Shown in pieces: positions 54,910 to 64,000 of a DNA stretch of 64,000 nt. A program made the translations under genes and the position numbers. Numbering within the stretch: position 1 is the stretch's first letter; the number at the start of each line of letters is the position of its first letter. The DNA is from an uncultured virus (IMG/VR IMGVR_UViG_3300025778_000013) (Duplodnaviria > Heunggongvirae > Uroviricota > Caudoviricetes): the IMG/VR virus record IMGVR_UViG_3300025778_000013; one strand, 5' to 3'. The notes under the pieces are model-generated. The model saw nothing but the letters and a program-made list of their open reading frames with translations, was not told the DNA's origin and ran no database searches.

Positions 54910-57459
54910 ATGGCAATTGATAAAGCGCTTTATGCAGCCCCACAGGGCATTGACCAACTAGAAGAAGGTCCAGAAATCGAAATTGAAATCGTTGACGACG
55001 ATGAGATGACCGAGTCCCCAGAAGAAAAAGCATTGGAAGCATTTGATGCAAACTTAGCGGAGGACATGAACGAGGGCGAGTTAGCCCATATTGTTGGTGA
55101 TTTACTTGGCGATTTTGATTCCGATATTGCCTCGAGAAAAGACTGGATACAAACATATGTTGATGGTCTGCAGCTCCTTGGTTTAAAGATTGAGGAAAGA
55201 ACAGAGCCTTGGGAAGGCGCTTGCGGTGTGTATCACCCGATCATGAGCGAAGCATTGGTTAAATTCCAAGCAGAAACAATGATGTCTACATTCCCAGCAG
55301 CCGGTCCAGTTAAGACACAAATCATTGGTAAAGAAACACCAGATAAAAAAGCAGCGTCCGAACGTGTAGCTGCGGATATGAACTACCAGTTAACAGATGT
55401 AATGAAAGAGTATCGCCCTGAGCATGAGCGCATGTTGTGGGGCTTGGGTCTGGCTGGTAATGCGTTTAAAAAGATTTATATTGATCCAGCTCTAAACCGT
55501 CAAGTATCTATGTTTGTGCCTGCGGAAGACATTGTTGTTCCATATGGTGCTTCAAGCTTAGAGACTGCGGATCGTGTAACCCACGTGATGCGTAAAACCG
55601 AGAACGACCTGCGTCGCTTACAAGTAGCTGGGTTCTATCGTGATGTAGAGTTAGGTACGCCTGATAATATTTTAGATGAAGTTGAGAAGAAGATTGCTGA
55701 GAAGCTTGGCTTTAGAGCAACGACAGACGACCGCTATAAGATTCTAGAGATGCATGTCAACCTTGACTTGCCAGGATATGAGCACAAAGACGAGAACGGT
55801 GAACCTACAGGCATAGCACTGCCATATGTAGTAACAATCGAAAAAGGTAGTAACACCGTACTATCTATCCGCAGAAACTGGGAGCCAGATGATGAAACGT
55901 ATCAAAAGAGACAGCACTTCGTCCACTACGGGTATGTACCTGGTTTTGGCTTCTATTGTTTTGGTCTCATCCATCTTATTGGCGCTTTTGCTAAAAGCGG
56001 TACTTCCATTCTTCGCCAGTTGGTTGATGCAGGGTCACTTGCAAATCTGCCAGGTGGCTTTAAGACCCGTGGCTTGCGAGTCAAAGGCGATGACACACCG
56101 ATAGCTCCAGGTGAGTTCCGCGATGTCGATGTACCTAGTGGAGTTATGCGTGATAACATCATGCCGCTTCCATACAAAGAGCCAAGCCAAACATTAGCAG
56201 CTCTGCTAGACAAGATCATTATGGAAGGCCGTGCGTTTGCATCTGCGTCTGATATGCAGATCTCTGACATGGGCGCTAACACCCCAGTTGGTACAACACT
56301 AGCGATTCTAGAGCGTACGTTAAAAGTAATGTCTGCTGTTCAGGCTCGCATCCACTACAGCATGAAACAAGAGTTCCGTCTCTTAAAGAAAATCATTGCT
56401 GACTACACACCAGAGGAATATTCTTATGAGCCGGACGAAGGCTCTCCACGTGCGAAAAAATCGGACTACGATAACGTTGACGTCATACCGGTGTCTGATC
56501 CCAATGCGTCGACAATGGCGCAAAAGATTGTCCAGTATCAAGCGGCTCTTCAACTGGCCCAGACAGCCCCGCAACTATATAACCTCCCGCTCTTGCACCG
56601 TCAGATGCTCGATGTTCTGGGGATTAAGGATGCGGCAAAACTTGTTCCGATGCAAGAAGACCAGAAGCCGGTGGACCCAATTACCGAGAACCAAAATCTT
56701 CTAACTAGTACACCAGTTAAAGCGTTCTCTTACCAAGATCATCAGGCGCATATCGCTGTACATATGTCATTCCTACACGATCCAAAGATTCAAGAACTGA
56801 TGCAAAATAACCCACAAGCGCAAGTGATTCAGGCTGCTGCAATGGCCCACGTCAACGAGCACTTAGGATTTGCTTACCGTATTCAGATCGAACAACAATT
56901 GGGTATGACTTTACCTCCTCAAACCGACGAGTCTGGCGAAGATACCCATATGCCTCCAGAAGTAGAGGCACGCCTCGCTCCGTTGCTCGCCCAAGCTGCT
57001 ACGCAATTACTCATGCAAAATCAACAGCAAGCGGCGCAGCAACAAGCACAACAACAAGCCCAAGATCCGATTGTTCAAATGCAACAGCAAGAACTACAGA
57101 TCAAGGCTGCCGAGCAGCAACGCAAAGCACAGAAAGATGCAACTGACGCACAACTCAAGCAGCAGCAATTGCAAATCGAAGTGCAGCGCATACAAACCCA
57201 AGCCCAAACAGACATGGCTAAAACTGCTGTTCAAGCACAGCAAGTCAAAGAAAAGATGGGTGTGGATTTAGTTAAGCAGCAAAAAGACCTGTTTGCCCAA
57301 GGACTAGATAATGCTCACAAACATGCTGCCGCAAAACATCAGCGTGAACAACAAGCAGAACAGTCTAACAAGCAGATGGAACACCAAGCTAAGCAAATGG
57401 AGCATCAAACTGCCCAAGTTGAAGCTAAACCAAAGGAAAAACCGACAAAAGGTAAATGA
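54910..57459 (+). CDS. portal protein
   Basis: 849 aa after terL; PWEGACGVYHP, GFYCFGLIHLIG, Q-rich coiled-coil tail. Confidence 0.85.
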   Translation: MAIDKALYAAPQGIDQLEEGPEIEIEIVDDDEMTESPEEKALEAFDANLAEDMNEGELAHIVGDLLGDFDSDIASRKDWIQTYVDGLQLLGLKIEERTEPWEGACGVYHPIMSEALVKFQAETMMSTFPAAGPVKTQIIGKETPDKKAASERVAADMNYQLTDVMKEYRPEHERMLWGLGLAGNAFKKIYIDPALNRQVSMFVPAEDIVVPYGASSLETADRVTHVMRKTENDLRRLQVAGFYRDVELGTPDNILDEVEKKIAEKLGFRATTDDRYKILEMHVNLDLPGYEHKDENGEPTGIALPYVVTIEKGSNTVLSIRRNWEPDDETYQKRQHFVHYGYVPGFGFYCFGLIHLIGAFAKSGTSILRQLVDAGSLANLPGGFKTRGLRVKGDDTPIAPGEFRDVDVPSGVMRDNIMPLPYKEPSQTLAALLDKIIMEGRAFASASDMQISDMGANTPVGTTLAILERTLKVMSAVQARIHYSMKQEFRLLKKIIADYTPEEYSYEPDEGSPRAKKSDYDNVDVIPVSDPNASTMAQKIVQYQAALQLAQTAPQLYNLPLLHRQMLDVLGIKDAAKLVPMQEDQKPVDPITENQNLLTSTPVKAFSYQDHQAHIAVHMSFLHDPKIQELMQNNPQAQVIQAAAMAHVNEHLGFAYRIQIEQQLGMTLPPQTDESGEDTHMPPEVEARLAPLLAQAATQLLMQNQQQAAQQQAQQQAQDPIVQMQQQELQIKAAEQQRKAQKDATDAQLKQQQLQIEVQRIQTQAQTDMAKTAVQAQQVKEKMGVDLVKQQKDLFAQGLDNAHKHAAAKHQREQQAEQSNKQMEHQAKQMEHQTAQVEAKPKEKPTKGK

Positions 57460-57650
57460 TGGATAAGAATCTAGAGTACCTCTTAAGTGAGTACAAAGAC
57501 CGCATAGCTATGCTTCAAGAGGCGTTGCACCGTGGTAATTGTCAAAACTTTGAGGAGTATAGGTATATATGTGGTCAGCTTCGAGGTCTCGAGGCCGCAT
57601 GTTTAACAATCGTAGATCTCAAAAAACGAATGGAGAACTCGGATGAGTGA
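57456..57650 (+). CDS. conserved hypothetical protein
   Basis: FEEYRYICGQLRGL. Confidence 0.65.
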   Translation: MMDKNLEYLLSEYKDRIAMLQEALHRGNCQNFEEYRYICGQLRGLEAACLTIVDLKKRMENSDE

Positions 57651-58098
57651 AATCCTTATCGGCTCAAACCCCGATAGCAGTGAAATAGTTATTACCGATG
57701 CACTAGGCAACCCAATGCCTTCTATTAAACCAAAAGAAGAAGTACCTATTGAGGATAGAGGTAGACAACTTCCAAATCCATCAGGGTACAGAATCCTTTG
57801 CGCAATACCAGAAGTAGAAAAGGAATTTGAAAGCGGACTGATTAAACCAGATGAAATGGTGAAAAAGGACGAGCTATTAACTACGGTTTTATTTGTAGTT
57901 CAGCTAGGCCCAGATTGCTATCAAGATAAAAGCCGTTTCCCAAATGGACCTTGGTGCCAAGTAGGTGATTTTATTTTAGTACGTCCAAACGCTGGTACTC
58001 GTGTCGTGATTCATGGCAAAGAGTTCCGGATTATTAATGATGACTCGGTAGAAGCGGTGGTCCAAGACCCACGTGGAATTAGCCGTAAATTTATTTAA
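57643..58098 (+). CDS. GroES-like co-chaperonin
   Basis: PSGYRIL, ESGLI, VVQLGPD, WCQVGD, FRIINDDSV. Confidence 0.85.
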   Translation: MSEILIGSNPDSSEIVITDALGNPMPSIKPKEEVPIEDRGRQLPNPSGYRILCAIPEVEKEFESGLIKPDEMVKKDELLTTVLFVVQLGPDCYQDKSRFPNGPWCQVGDFILVRPNAGTRVVIHGKEFRIINDDSVEAVVQDPRGISRKFI

Positions 58099-58110
58099 GG
58101 AGCCTACAAG

Positions 58111-59082
58111 ATGGCTGAAATGCAAAAAGAAGAATACAAATTTCCTGATGAAGTAGAGGATAAAGGAGTATCTGAAGGCGAGTTCGAGATTGAAATCGAA
58201 GATGATACACCCCCAGAAGACCGTAACAAAGAGCCAATGCCCAAAGAAATTGTGGAAAAGCTCGATAAGGATGAACTAGATAAGTACGAAGGTGAGACTA
58301 AAGAAAAGTTCAAACAACTCAAAAAGGTCTGGAACGACGAACGTCGGGAAAAAGAAAAGGCTGCTCGGGAACGTGAAGAAGCACTGGCGTTAGCCCGTAA
58401 AGCTATTGAAGAAAACAGACAGCTAAAAGAAAGACTTAGTTCTGGCGAACAGGTAATTGTGGATTCTCACAAAGCCGCAGCCCAGTCTGAGCTAGATTTA
58501 GCTAAAAAAGAGTACCGTGAAGCATATGATTCTGGCGATGCAGACAAGTTAATTGAAGCACAAGAGAAGCTAACAGCTGCCAAAATCAAAGCAGATCGCT
58601 TAGAAAGATATGAAGCACCTAAACAAAAAGCTTTACAAGAAGAAGAATATGTAGTACAAAGGGAGCAACCTGCACAAATTGAGCCAGACAAAAAGGCTGC
58701 AAAGTGGCAGAAAAAGAACAAATGGTTTGGTCGTGATGAAGAAATGACGAGCCTTGCCCTTGGTCTACATGAAAAACTCAAACGAAACGGTGTTCCCATC
58801 GGATCTGATGAGTATTACAGTAGCATTGACAAAACAATGCGAAAACGTTTCCCAGAAGCTTTTGAAAAAGAGCAGAAGGAAAAAGAAGTAGAAGCTGCGG
58901 AAGACGATCGACAAAAGACTTCTAAACCCAAAGCGAGCACGGTTGTAGCGCCCGCAACTCGTAGTACCTCGTCGAAAAAGGTTCGATTGACTACTACACA
59001 GGTCCAAATCGCAAAAAGATTAGGGCTTTCCCCTGAGCAATACGTCCGTGAACAATTGAAATTGGAGGCCCAAAATGGCTGA
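58111..59082 (+). CDS. capsid scaffolding protein
   Basis: Acidic coiled coil; NKWFG; C-terminal QVQIAKRLGLSPEQY. Confidence 0.7.
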   Translation: MAEMQKEEYKFPDEVEDKGVSEGEFEIEIEDDTPPEDRNKEPMPKEIVEKLDKDELDKYEGETKEKFKQLKKVWNDERREKEKAAREREEALALARKAIEENRQLKERLSSGEQVIVDSHKAAAQSELDLAKKEYREAYDSGDADKLIEAQEKLTAAKIKADRLERYEAPKQKALQEEEYVVQREQPAQIEPDKKAAKWQKKNKWFGRDEEMTSLALGLHEKLKRNGVPIGSDEYYSSIDKTMRKRFPEAFEKEQKEKEVEAAEDDRQKTSKPKASTVVAPATRSTSSKKVRLTTTQVQIAKRLGLSPEQYVREQLKLEAQNG

Positions 59083-59530
59083 AGCAAAAAATAGACTTAC
59101 CCGTGAAGTAGAGAACCGTGAATTTGTCGAGCGTCCTAAACAGTGGATGCCTGCCGAACTTCTCCCAGAGCCGGACAAACAGGCTGGTTACGCTTACCGT
59201 TGGATTCGTACTGCTACGCTAAATCAAGCAGACCCTCGCAATCTTTCTGGAAAACTCCGTGAAGGTTGGGAACCTGTAGCGTTAGAAGAACAACCTAAAT
59301 TTAAACTGTTAGTCGACCCAACTAGTCGTTTTAAAGACAACATTGAGATCGGCGGGTTATTACTTTGCAAGACTCCTGAAGAATTTGTGCAGCAGCGTAA
59401 CGAACATTATGCTAAACAAACACAAGCTCAAACGGAAGCTGTAGATAATAACTTAATGCGCCAAAGTGATCCTCGTATGCCTATTTTTAAAGAAGGTAAA
59501 GCGACGACTACATTTGGTTCTGGTAGTTAA
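59075..59530 (+). CDS. conserved head-module protein
   Basis: YRWIR, LREGWEPV, IGGLLLCK. Confidence 0.65.
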   Translation: MAEAKNRLTREVENREFVERPKQWMPAELLPEPDKQAGYAYRWIRTATLNQADPRNLSGKLREGWEPVALEEQPKFKLLVDPTSRFKDNIEIGGLLLCKTPEEFVQQRNEHYAKQTQAQTEAVDNNLMRQSDPRMPIFKEGKATTTFGSGS

Positions 59531-59556
59531 TTTTTTATTAATCTTAGGAGATTTAA

Positions 59557-60183
59557 ATGGCTTATCCAACCGTTTCTGCTCCCTACGGCCTAGTCGCTGT
59601 TAACCGTGCTGATTTCATGCCATATGCTGGCGCAACTCAGCTTTTGCCAATTGCAAGTACTTATAATACTGCGATTTTCAACGGTGACATCGTTATGGTC
59701 AAAGGTGGCAATATCATCAAATCTAACGTAACTGTAGACTCTACAACTGACAATACCGCTAACTTGACTTATGGCGTATTCGTTGGTGTTCAGTACGTTA
59801 ACACACAAGGTCAAACTGTAGAAGCTCAGTACTACCCAGGTAATGCTGCTGCAACCACAGCTTATGCTTATGTTGTTAGCGATCCTATGGCTGCGTTTAA
59901 AGTTGCTGTTACGTATTCTGGTAATACAACTGTTACTACTGCTAACGCTTCTGTAGTTGGCACAAACTTGAGCATTGTACAAAGCGCTGGCTCTACTACT
60001 ACTGGTGATTCTGCTATTTCTGTAGCTGCTCCAGTAACTGGTACAGGTAACGCCGCTGCATGGCCTGTTAAGTGCATCGCTGTAGTTCCTGAAACTGCAA
60101 CCGGTACAAACGCCTTCACTGAAGTTATCGTGAAGTTGAACAACCCACAGATGCTGTCTACTGCAGCTCAAAACTACGTCTAA
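59557..60183 (+). CDS. capsid decoration/cement protein
   Basis: APYGL, IFNGD, GVFVGVQY, V.DP; directly before MCP. Confidence 0.65.
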   Translation: MAYPTVSAPYGLVAVNRADFMPYAGATQLLPIASTYNTAIFNGDIVMVKGGNIIKSNVTVDSTTDNTANLTYGVFVGVQYVNTQGQTVEAQYYPGNAAATTAYAYVVSDPMAAFKVAVTYSGNTTVTTANASVVGTNLSIVQSAGSTTTGDSAISVAAPVTGTGNAAAWPVKCIAVVPETATGTNAFTEVIVKLNNPQMLSTAAQNYV

Positions 60184-60195
60184 GGAGCTAATTAA

Positions 60196-61104
60196 ATGGC
60201 TATTTCTCGTGCACAGCTCCTAAAAGAGCTATTACCAGGCTTAAATGCTTTGTTCGGATTAGAGTATGCTCGCTACGGCGAAGAGCATAAAGAGATCTAC
60301 GAAACAGAAACATCTGAGCGTTCTTTCGAAGAAGAAACAAAGTTGTCAGGTTTCAGCGCTGCCCCAGTTAAAAACGAAGGCTCCGCAATTGCGTACGATA
60401 ATGCGCAAGAAGCATGGACAGCTCGCTACAACCATCAAACTATCGCTCTTGGCTTTAGCTTGACAGAAGAAGCGATCGAAGACAACTTGTATGATTCTTT
60501 ATCTGCTCGTTACACTAAGGCACTCGCCCGTGCTATGGCTTACACCAAGCAAGTTAAAGCTGCTGCTGTATTGAACAACGGTTTCACCACTGGCTACAAC
60601 GGTGGCGACAATACTACATTGTTCTCTACACAACATCCTTTGGTTTCTGGTGGTTATAACAGCAACACTCCATCTGTTGCCGCTGACTTGAATGAAACTT
60701 CTTTGGAAGCTGCCGTAATTCAAATCGCTGCTTGGACAGACGAGCGTGGTCTCTTGATCGCTGCTAAGCCTAAGAAGTTAGTTGTTCCTCCTGCTCTCCA
60801 GTTCGTTGCAACTCGTTTGCTTGAAACTGAATTGCGTGTTGGTACAAACGACAACGATATCAACGCATTGAAAAACAACGGTTCAATCCCAGAAGGTTAC
60901 GCAATTAACCACTTCTTGACCGACACCAATGCTTGGTTCTTGACAACTGATGTACCTAACGGCATGAAGCATTTCGTTCGCACCCCATTGCAAAACAGCA
61001 TGGATGGTGACTTCGACACAGGTAACGTACGTTACAAGTCTCGTGAGCGTTATTCTTTCGGCTGGTCTGATCCACTCGGTATGTACGGTTCTCCTGGAGC
61101 CTAA
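60196..61104 (+). CDS. major capsid protein
   Basis: MAISRAQLLKELLPGLNALFGLEY...DFDTGNVRYKSRERYSFGWSD; strongly biased codons. Confidence 0.9.
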   Translation: MAISRAQLLKELLPGLNALFGLEYARYGEEHKEIYETETSERSFEEETKLSGFSAAPVKNEGSAIAYDNAQEAWTARYNHQTIALGFSLTEEAIEDNLYDSLSARYTKALARAMAYTKQVKAAAVLNNGFTTGYNGGDNTTLFSTQHPLVSGGYNSNTPSVAADLNETSLEAAVIQIAAWTDERGLLIAAKPKKLVVPPALQFVATRLLETELRVGTNDNDINALKNNGSIPEGYAINHFLTDTNAWFLTTDVPNGMKHFVRTPLQNSMDGDFDTGNVRYKSRERYSFGWSDPLGMYGSPGA

Positions 61105-61125
61105 TACCTCAAACCCCGTGTTTGG

Positions 61126-61150
61126 ACCCCGCTCACAAGGCGGGGTTTTT
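61126..61150 (+). terminator. intrinsic terminator after MCP
   Basis: ACCCCGC-TCACAAG-GCGGGGT-TTTT. Confidence 0.8.
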
Positions 61151-61486
61151 CTTTTCTTCGTAGTGGTGGATTCTGTGGCAGTTAGCGCATAGCACTACAC
61201 ACTTTTTAATTTCTTCGTAAGCCTTTTTGTATTGGGCATTTGATACGTAGCGGTTTACGTTGCCTTCTTTCGTACTTGGATCTTCGTGGTGAAAATCTAA
61301 TGCTGCATGGTGGTCAAACCCACATTTTGTACACTTAAGTGTACATTTAAATGCATCCCATTCTTTTTTTAACTCTTTACGTCTAGCATTGATTGCTTCT
61401 CGTCTTTTGGCATAGTTGCCAAGATAATGCTTACGGCTGTACTCCGCATGTTTGGCTTTTCTTACGTTCGCGTCTTTGTACGGCAT
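61133..61486 (-). CDS. HNH endonuclease
   Basis: CTKCG...ALDFHH...EEIKKCVVLCANCHRIHH. Confidence 0.85.
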   Translation of the reverse strand: MPYKDANVRKAKHAEYSRKHYLGNYAKRREAINARRKELKKEWDAFKCTLKCTKCGFDHHAALDFHHEDPSTKEGNVNRYVSNAQYKKAYEEIKKCVVLCANCHRIHHYEEKKNPAL

Positions 61487-61919
61487 CCGGTTGTACCTTA
61501 TATCTCCAATAGATCGCATTTTTAAACGACCATTTGTTAGCGGGGGTATAAATTTTAAAACCACAACTAATAAGACTATTAGAGGAAGCTGGGTTATTTG
61601 TAGTGTCCGTAATTAACCAATTCCAACCCAGCTCTTTAGCTTTCCGAATTCTTACTGATATTAAACGTTTTTGCAAACCATGTCCAGTATACCCATCTAA
61701 TACACCTGCCCTACATAAATATCCTGTATCGCTCCACTTGATCGAGCGGACCAAACCCGCAAAACCTACAGGCTTTCCATCCTCTGCATAAGCAACCCAC
61801 CAATGGCCCCGATCCGGTTGGTACGGCGTATCCGCCGGAAGTATTTTCTTTTGAAGAAAAAGTAGTGTGGTTTGAACTGACGGTACTCGAATATCCACTT
61901 TTTTTACTGTAAATTGCAT
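61431..61919 (-). CDS. GNAT-family acetyltransferase
   Basis: VGFAG, YLCRAGV, GHGLQKRLI, NPASSNSLISCGF. Confidence 0.85.
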   Translation of the reverse strand: MQFTVKKVDIRVPSVQTTLLFLQKKILPADTPYQPDRGHWWVAYAEDGKPVGFAGLVRSIKWSDTGYLCRAGVLDGYTGHGLQKRLISVRIRKAKELGWNWLITDTTNNPASSNSLISCGFKIYTPANKWSFKNAIYWRYKVQPDAVQRRERKKSQTCGVQP

Positions 61920-61974
61920 TTCCCATAGCTCCTCAATTATTTACCAGATTTATACTATTTTACCGAAAAAAGTG

Positions 61975-62002
61975 TTGCACAAATAAGAAAGTGTAGTATT
62001 AT
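61975..62002 (+). promoter_or_regulatory. sigma70-like promoter
   Basis: TTGCAC-16 bp-TATTAT. Confidence 0.5.
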
Positions 62003-62007
62003 TGAAG

Positions 62008-62092
62008 AAACCGGGAAAACCGGCCTTTTAGACTGTCCCGGCAGACGCATACACGACTAACTGGCTTATCTTTGTATGAAGGACAATTCGTT
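62008..62092 (+). ncRNA. candidate structured leader RNA
   Basis: Alternative pairings involving the AAGGAC RBS. Confidence 0.4.
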
Positions 62093-62605
62093 ATGGCACT
62101 ATCTACCACCCAGTCAATTTGGCGTTCTGGCGGCGGCGATCAAACTCGCACAGCATTATGTGGCACAGCAGGCATGTATTTGCCTTTTTATGTTGCAAAC
62201 AGCTCCGCTACTGCAAATATCGTAAATAGCTCAGCAAATTCACAAGCTTTGATTCTCCCAGCAGGTGCAGTTATTACTAGCATCACTGTTACTAATACAA
62301 CTACTGGCGGTAACTCAGCAATTAACATTGGCTACACACCTTTGGTCCAAGTTGGTCCAGGCCAAGCAACTACTTTAGGTACAAACGTTCCTGCAGCATT
62401 TGTTAACGGCGGTAACGTAGCTACTCGTACATTGTTTAATATTTCTTCTGCTACTGCTGGTTCTTCCATGAGCAACGTTGCTAATGCAACTAACTTAATT
62501 GTATTGACCGCTACTGCTGGCGCTCCTGGTGCTACTGGTGTTGCAATCTCTGGAAACATCCACTACTACGTAGCTGATCCAATTAACGGCGTACAAAACG
62601 TTTAA
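62093..62605 (+). CDS. virion structural protein
   Basis: ILPAGAVIT beta motif; ATG 62093; UUCG hairpin after it (62615-62628). Confidence 0.6.
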   Translation: MALSTTQSIWRSGGGDQTRTALCGTAGMYLPFYVANSSATANIVNSSANSQALILPAGAVITSITVTNTTTGGNSAINIGYTPLVQVGPGQATTLGTNVPAAFVNGGNVATRTLFNISSATAGSSMSNVANATNLIVLTATAGAPGATGVAISGNIHYYVADPINGVQNV

Positions 62606-62651
62606 TTAATCTTAGGGGCTTCGGCCCCACTTAAATCTTAGGAGATTAATT

Positions 62652-62942
62652 ATGACGATGCAATATGACGTAAAGTCGGCAAACGCAAACGCAAGTGCGC
62701 AGTTAGTTACTGGTCGTGTTCGTTTAAAACAACTTACTTTTGTAGGTAGTGGCACTGCTGGCTCTGTAACTTTATACGATACCGCGGCTAACTCTGCTAC
62801 TGGTAATGTTCTTTGGCAAACAAAAACAAGTACTGGAGTACAACCATTCCAAGTATTAATTCCCGGCGAGGGAATTTTGGTTTACAACGGTATTTATGCC
62901 TCGCTTGCAAACATCTTAACCGTTACTTGTATTTATGGCTAA
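62652..62942 (+). CDS. small virion structural protein
   Basis: MTMQYDVKS...IPGEGIL...IYG. Confidence 0.6.
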   Translation: MTMQYDVKSANANASAQLVTGRVRLKQLTFVGSGTAGSVTLYDTAANSATGNVLWQTKTSTGVQPFQVLIPGEGILVYNGIYASLANILTVTCIYG

Positions 62943-63201
62943 GAAAAAAGGTGTCTCGCTTGCAGTTGGTCGTGGTGAAAAGCTGCCTGCATCTAAGGGC
63001 GCTGGGCTTACCGCCAAGGGTCGTGCTAAATATAACGCAGCTACTGGCTCGCATTTAAAAGCACCACAACCCGAAGGCGGTCCACGTAAAAAGTCTTTTT
63101 GCGCTAGGATGTCAGGTATGCCTGGTCCAATGAAAGATGAGAAAGGGCGGCCTACTCGTAAAGCCGCTAGTCTAAAACGTTGGAAATGTGGAACAAAATG
63201 A
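62935..63201 (+). CDS. small basic protein (DUF6321-like)
   Basis: GLTAKGRAKYN...LKAP...RKKSFCARM...LKRWKC. Confidence 0.7.
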   Translation: MAKKKGVSLAVGRGEKLPASKGAGLTAKGRAKYNAATGSHLKAPQPEGGPRKKSFCARMSGMPGPMKDEKGRPTRKAASLKRWKCGTK

Positions 63202-63392
63202 AAGACCCATTTATTAACATGGATGAGGCATCAAAGCATATAGTCGATGCTCTTTCCGTTGCAACAGTATTAGGAACGCTAGTTGATATGCTGCCCTCAA
63301 TTGCCGCTGTATTTACTATAGTCTGGACGGCTATTAGGATCTATGAAACTAAAACTGTTCAAGGCTGGCTAGGAAAAGACGATGCCGAGTAA
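63198..63392 (+). CDS. small membrane protein
   Basis: LPSIAAVFTIVWTAIRIYET.TVQ. Confidence 0.6.
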   Translation: MKDPFINMDEASKHIVDALSVATVLGTLVDMLPSIAAVFTIVWTAIRIYETKTVQGWLGKDDAE

Positions 63393-64000
63393 AACTTTAA
63401 AACAACATAATTTAATGGAAATGGTAGCCCACAACCCTGCCAAAGCCAAAGAATTAAAGATCCCTCAATCTGTCGGTAAAGATTTTGTTGCTGCAGATAA
63501 AGGTAAAAAGTTTAAAGCAGGTGGTAAAGTAATGCATGACGATATCGCAGAAGATAAGAAATTAATCAAGAGAGCGTTCGGAATGCACGATAAGCAGTTG
63601 CATGAAAGTAAGAAAACCGATTTATCCAAACTCAAACAAGGCGGAAAAGTTATGAAAATGAAAGAAACAATGGGCCCAAAAAATATGTCTAAGGACGTAG
63701 AAAAAGGTTCAAACAAACTAGGCAAATTTGGTGAATCCAAAGTGCAAAAACGTGGTCATACCAAAGGTTCTGAAGAGCGTGGCTACAAAACTGAAAAAGT
63801 CCAAGGCGGCGCTAAAGGCGGCAAAGGTATATTCGGTGCAGCTCCTATCAAGATGAAAAAGGGCGGCAAAGTTAAGCGTTACGACGAAGGTGGTGACATC
63901 GAGACTGAAACAGCTCAAGGCCAAAACAAAAACATTGGTGATGATGTACGCTCCCGTGCTATGGCTGCTATGTCTAACCGTGAAATGGATGTTGGCGGTG
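63382..64000 (+). CDS. basic internal-virion-like protein with xxGG repeats (truncated by window end)
   Basis: MPSKTLKQHNLM...FKAGG, LKQGG, MKKGG, YDEGG; open to the window edge. Confidence 0.6.
   Translation, partial: MPSKTLKQHNLMEMVAHNPAKAKELKIPQSVGKDFVAADKGKKFKAGGKVMHDDIAEDKKLIKRAFGMHDKQLHESKKTDLSKLKQGGKVMKMKETMGPKNMSKDVEKGSNKLGKFGESKVQKRGHTKGSEERGYKTEKVQGGAKGGKGIFGAAPIKMKKGGKVKRYDEGGDIETETAQGQNKNIGDDVRSRAMAAMSNREMDVGG

Noticed and set aside
59590..60171. 193-aa antisense ORF opposite the decoration gene
   Set aside because: A Ser-rich shadow of biased sense-strand codons; no RBS.
1..64000. tRNA genes, integrase or att site
   Set aside because: No cloverleaf or recombinase motif was recognised by eye; the unseen remainder of the genome could still carry them.

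Overview
This window is most of a ~41% GC (by eye) tailed dsDNA phage genome (Caudoviricetes). It has a podovirus-like layout: a P22-gp10-like stabilisation protein and ejection proteins, but no tape measure or sheath. The window is cut inside the structural module. The + strand from 1-23054 carries tail, fibre, lysis (holin, nested spanins, GH19 endolysin) and ejection genes. The - strand from 23088-51884 carries replication genes (primase-helicase, SSB, SNF2 helicase, Cas4-like nuclease, PolA, VRR-NUC), a five-enzyme glycan module (3 glycosyltransferases, a radical SAM enzyme, an FkbM methyltransferase), a mini-gene array and an early region (AAA/vWA/DUF3150). A divergent non-coding switch at ~50900-52560 holds a probable origin and packaging region. 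The + strand from 52576-64000 carries terminase, portal, GroES, scaffold and capsid genes. I saw no integrase, tRNA, CRISPR array or reverse transcriptase. Main leads: (1) a possible virion-glycosylation system paired with Asn/N-x-S/T-rich virion surface proteins; (2) four structured RNA elements, including an sRNA with an anti-Shine-Dalgarno loop and leaders that could sequester their RBS; (3) an overprinted gene inside the giant ejection protein; (4) a 20-bp palindromic operator repeated 6-7 times in the early region; (5) a mini-gene under a PhaR-like box; (6) mini-gene cassettes delimited by repeats. All family calls come from motif recognition by eye; no searches or folding programs were run.
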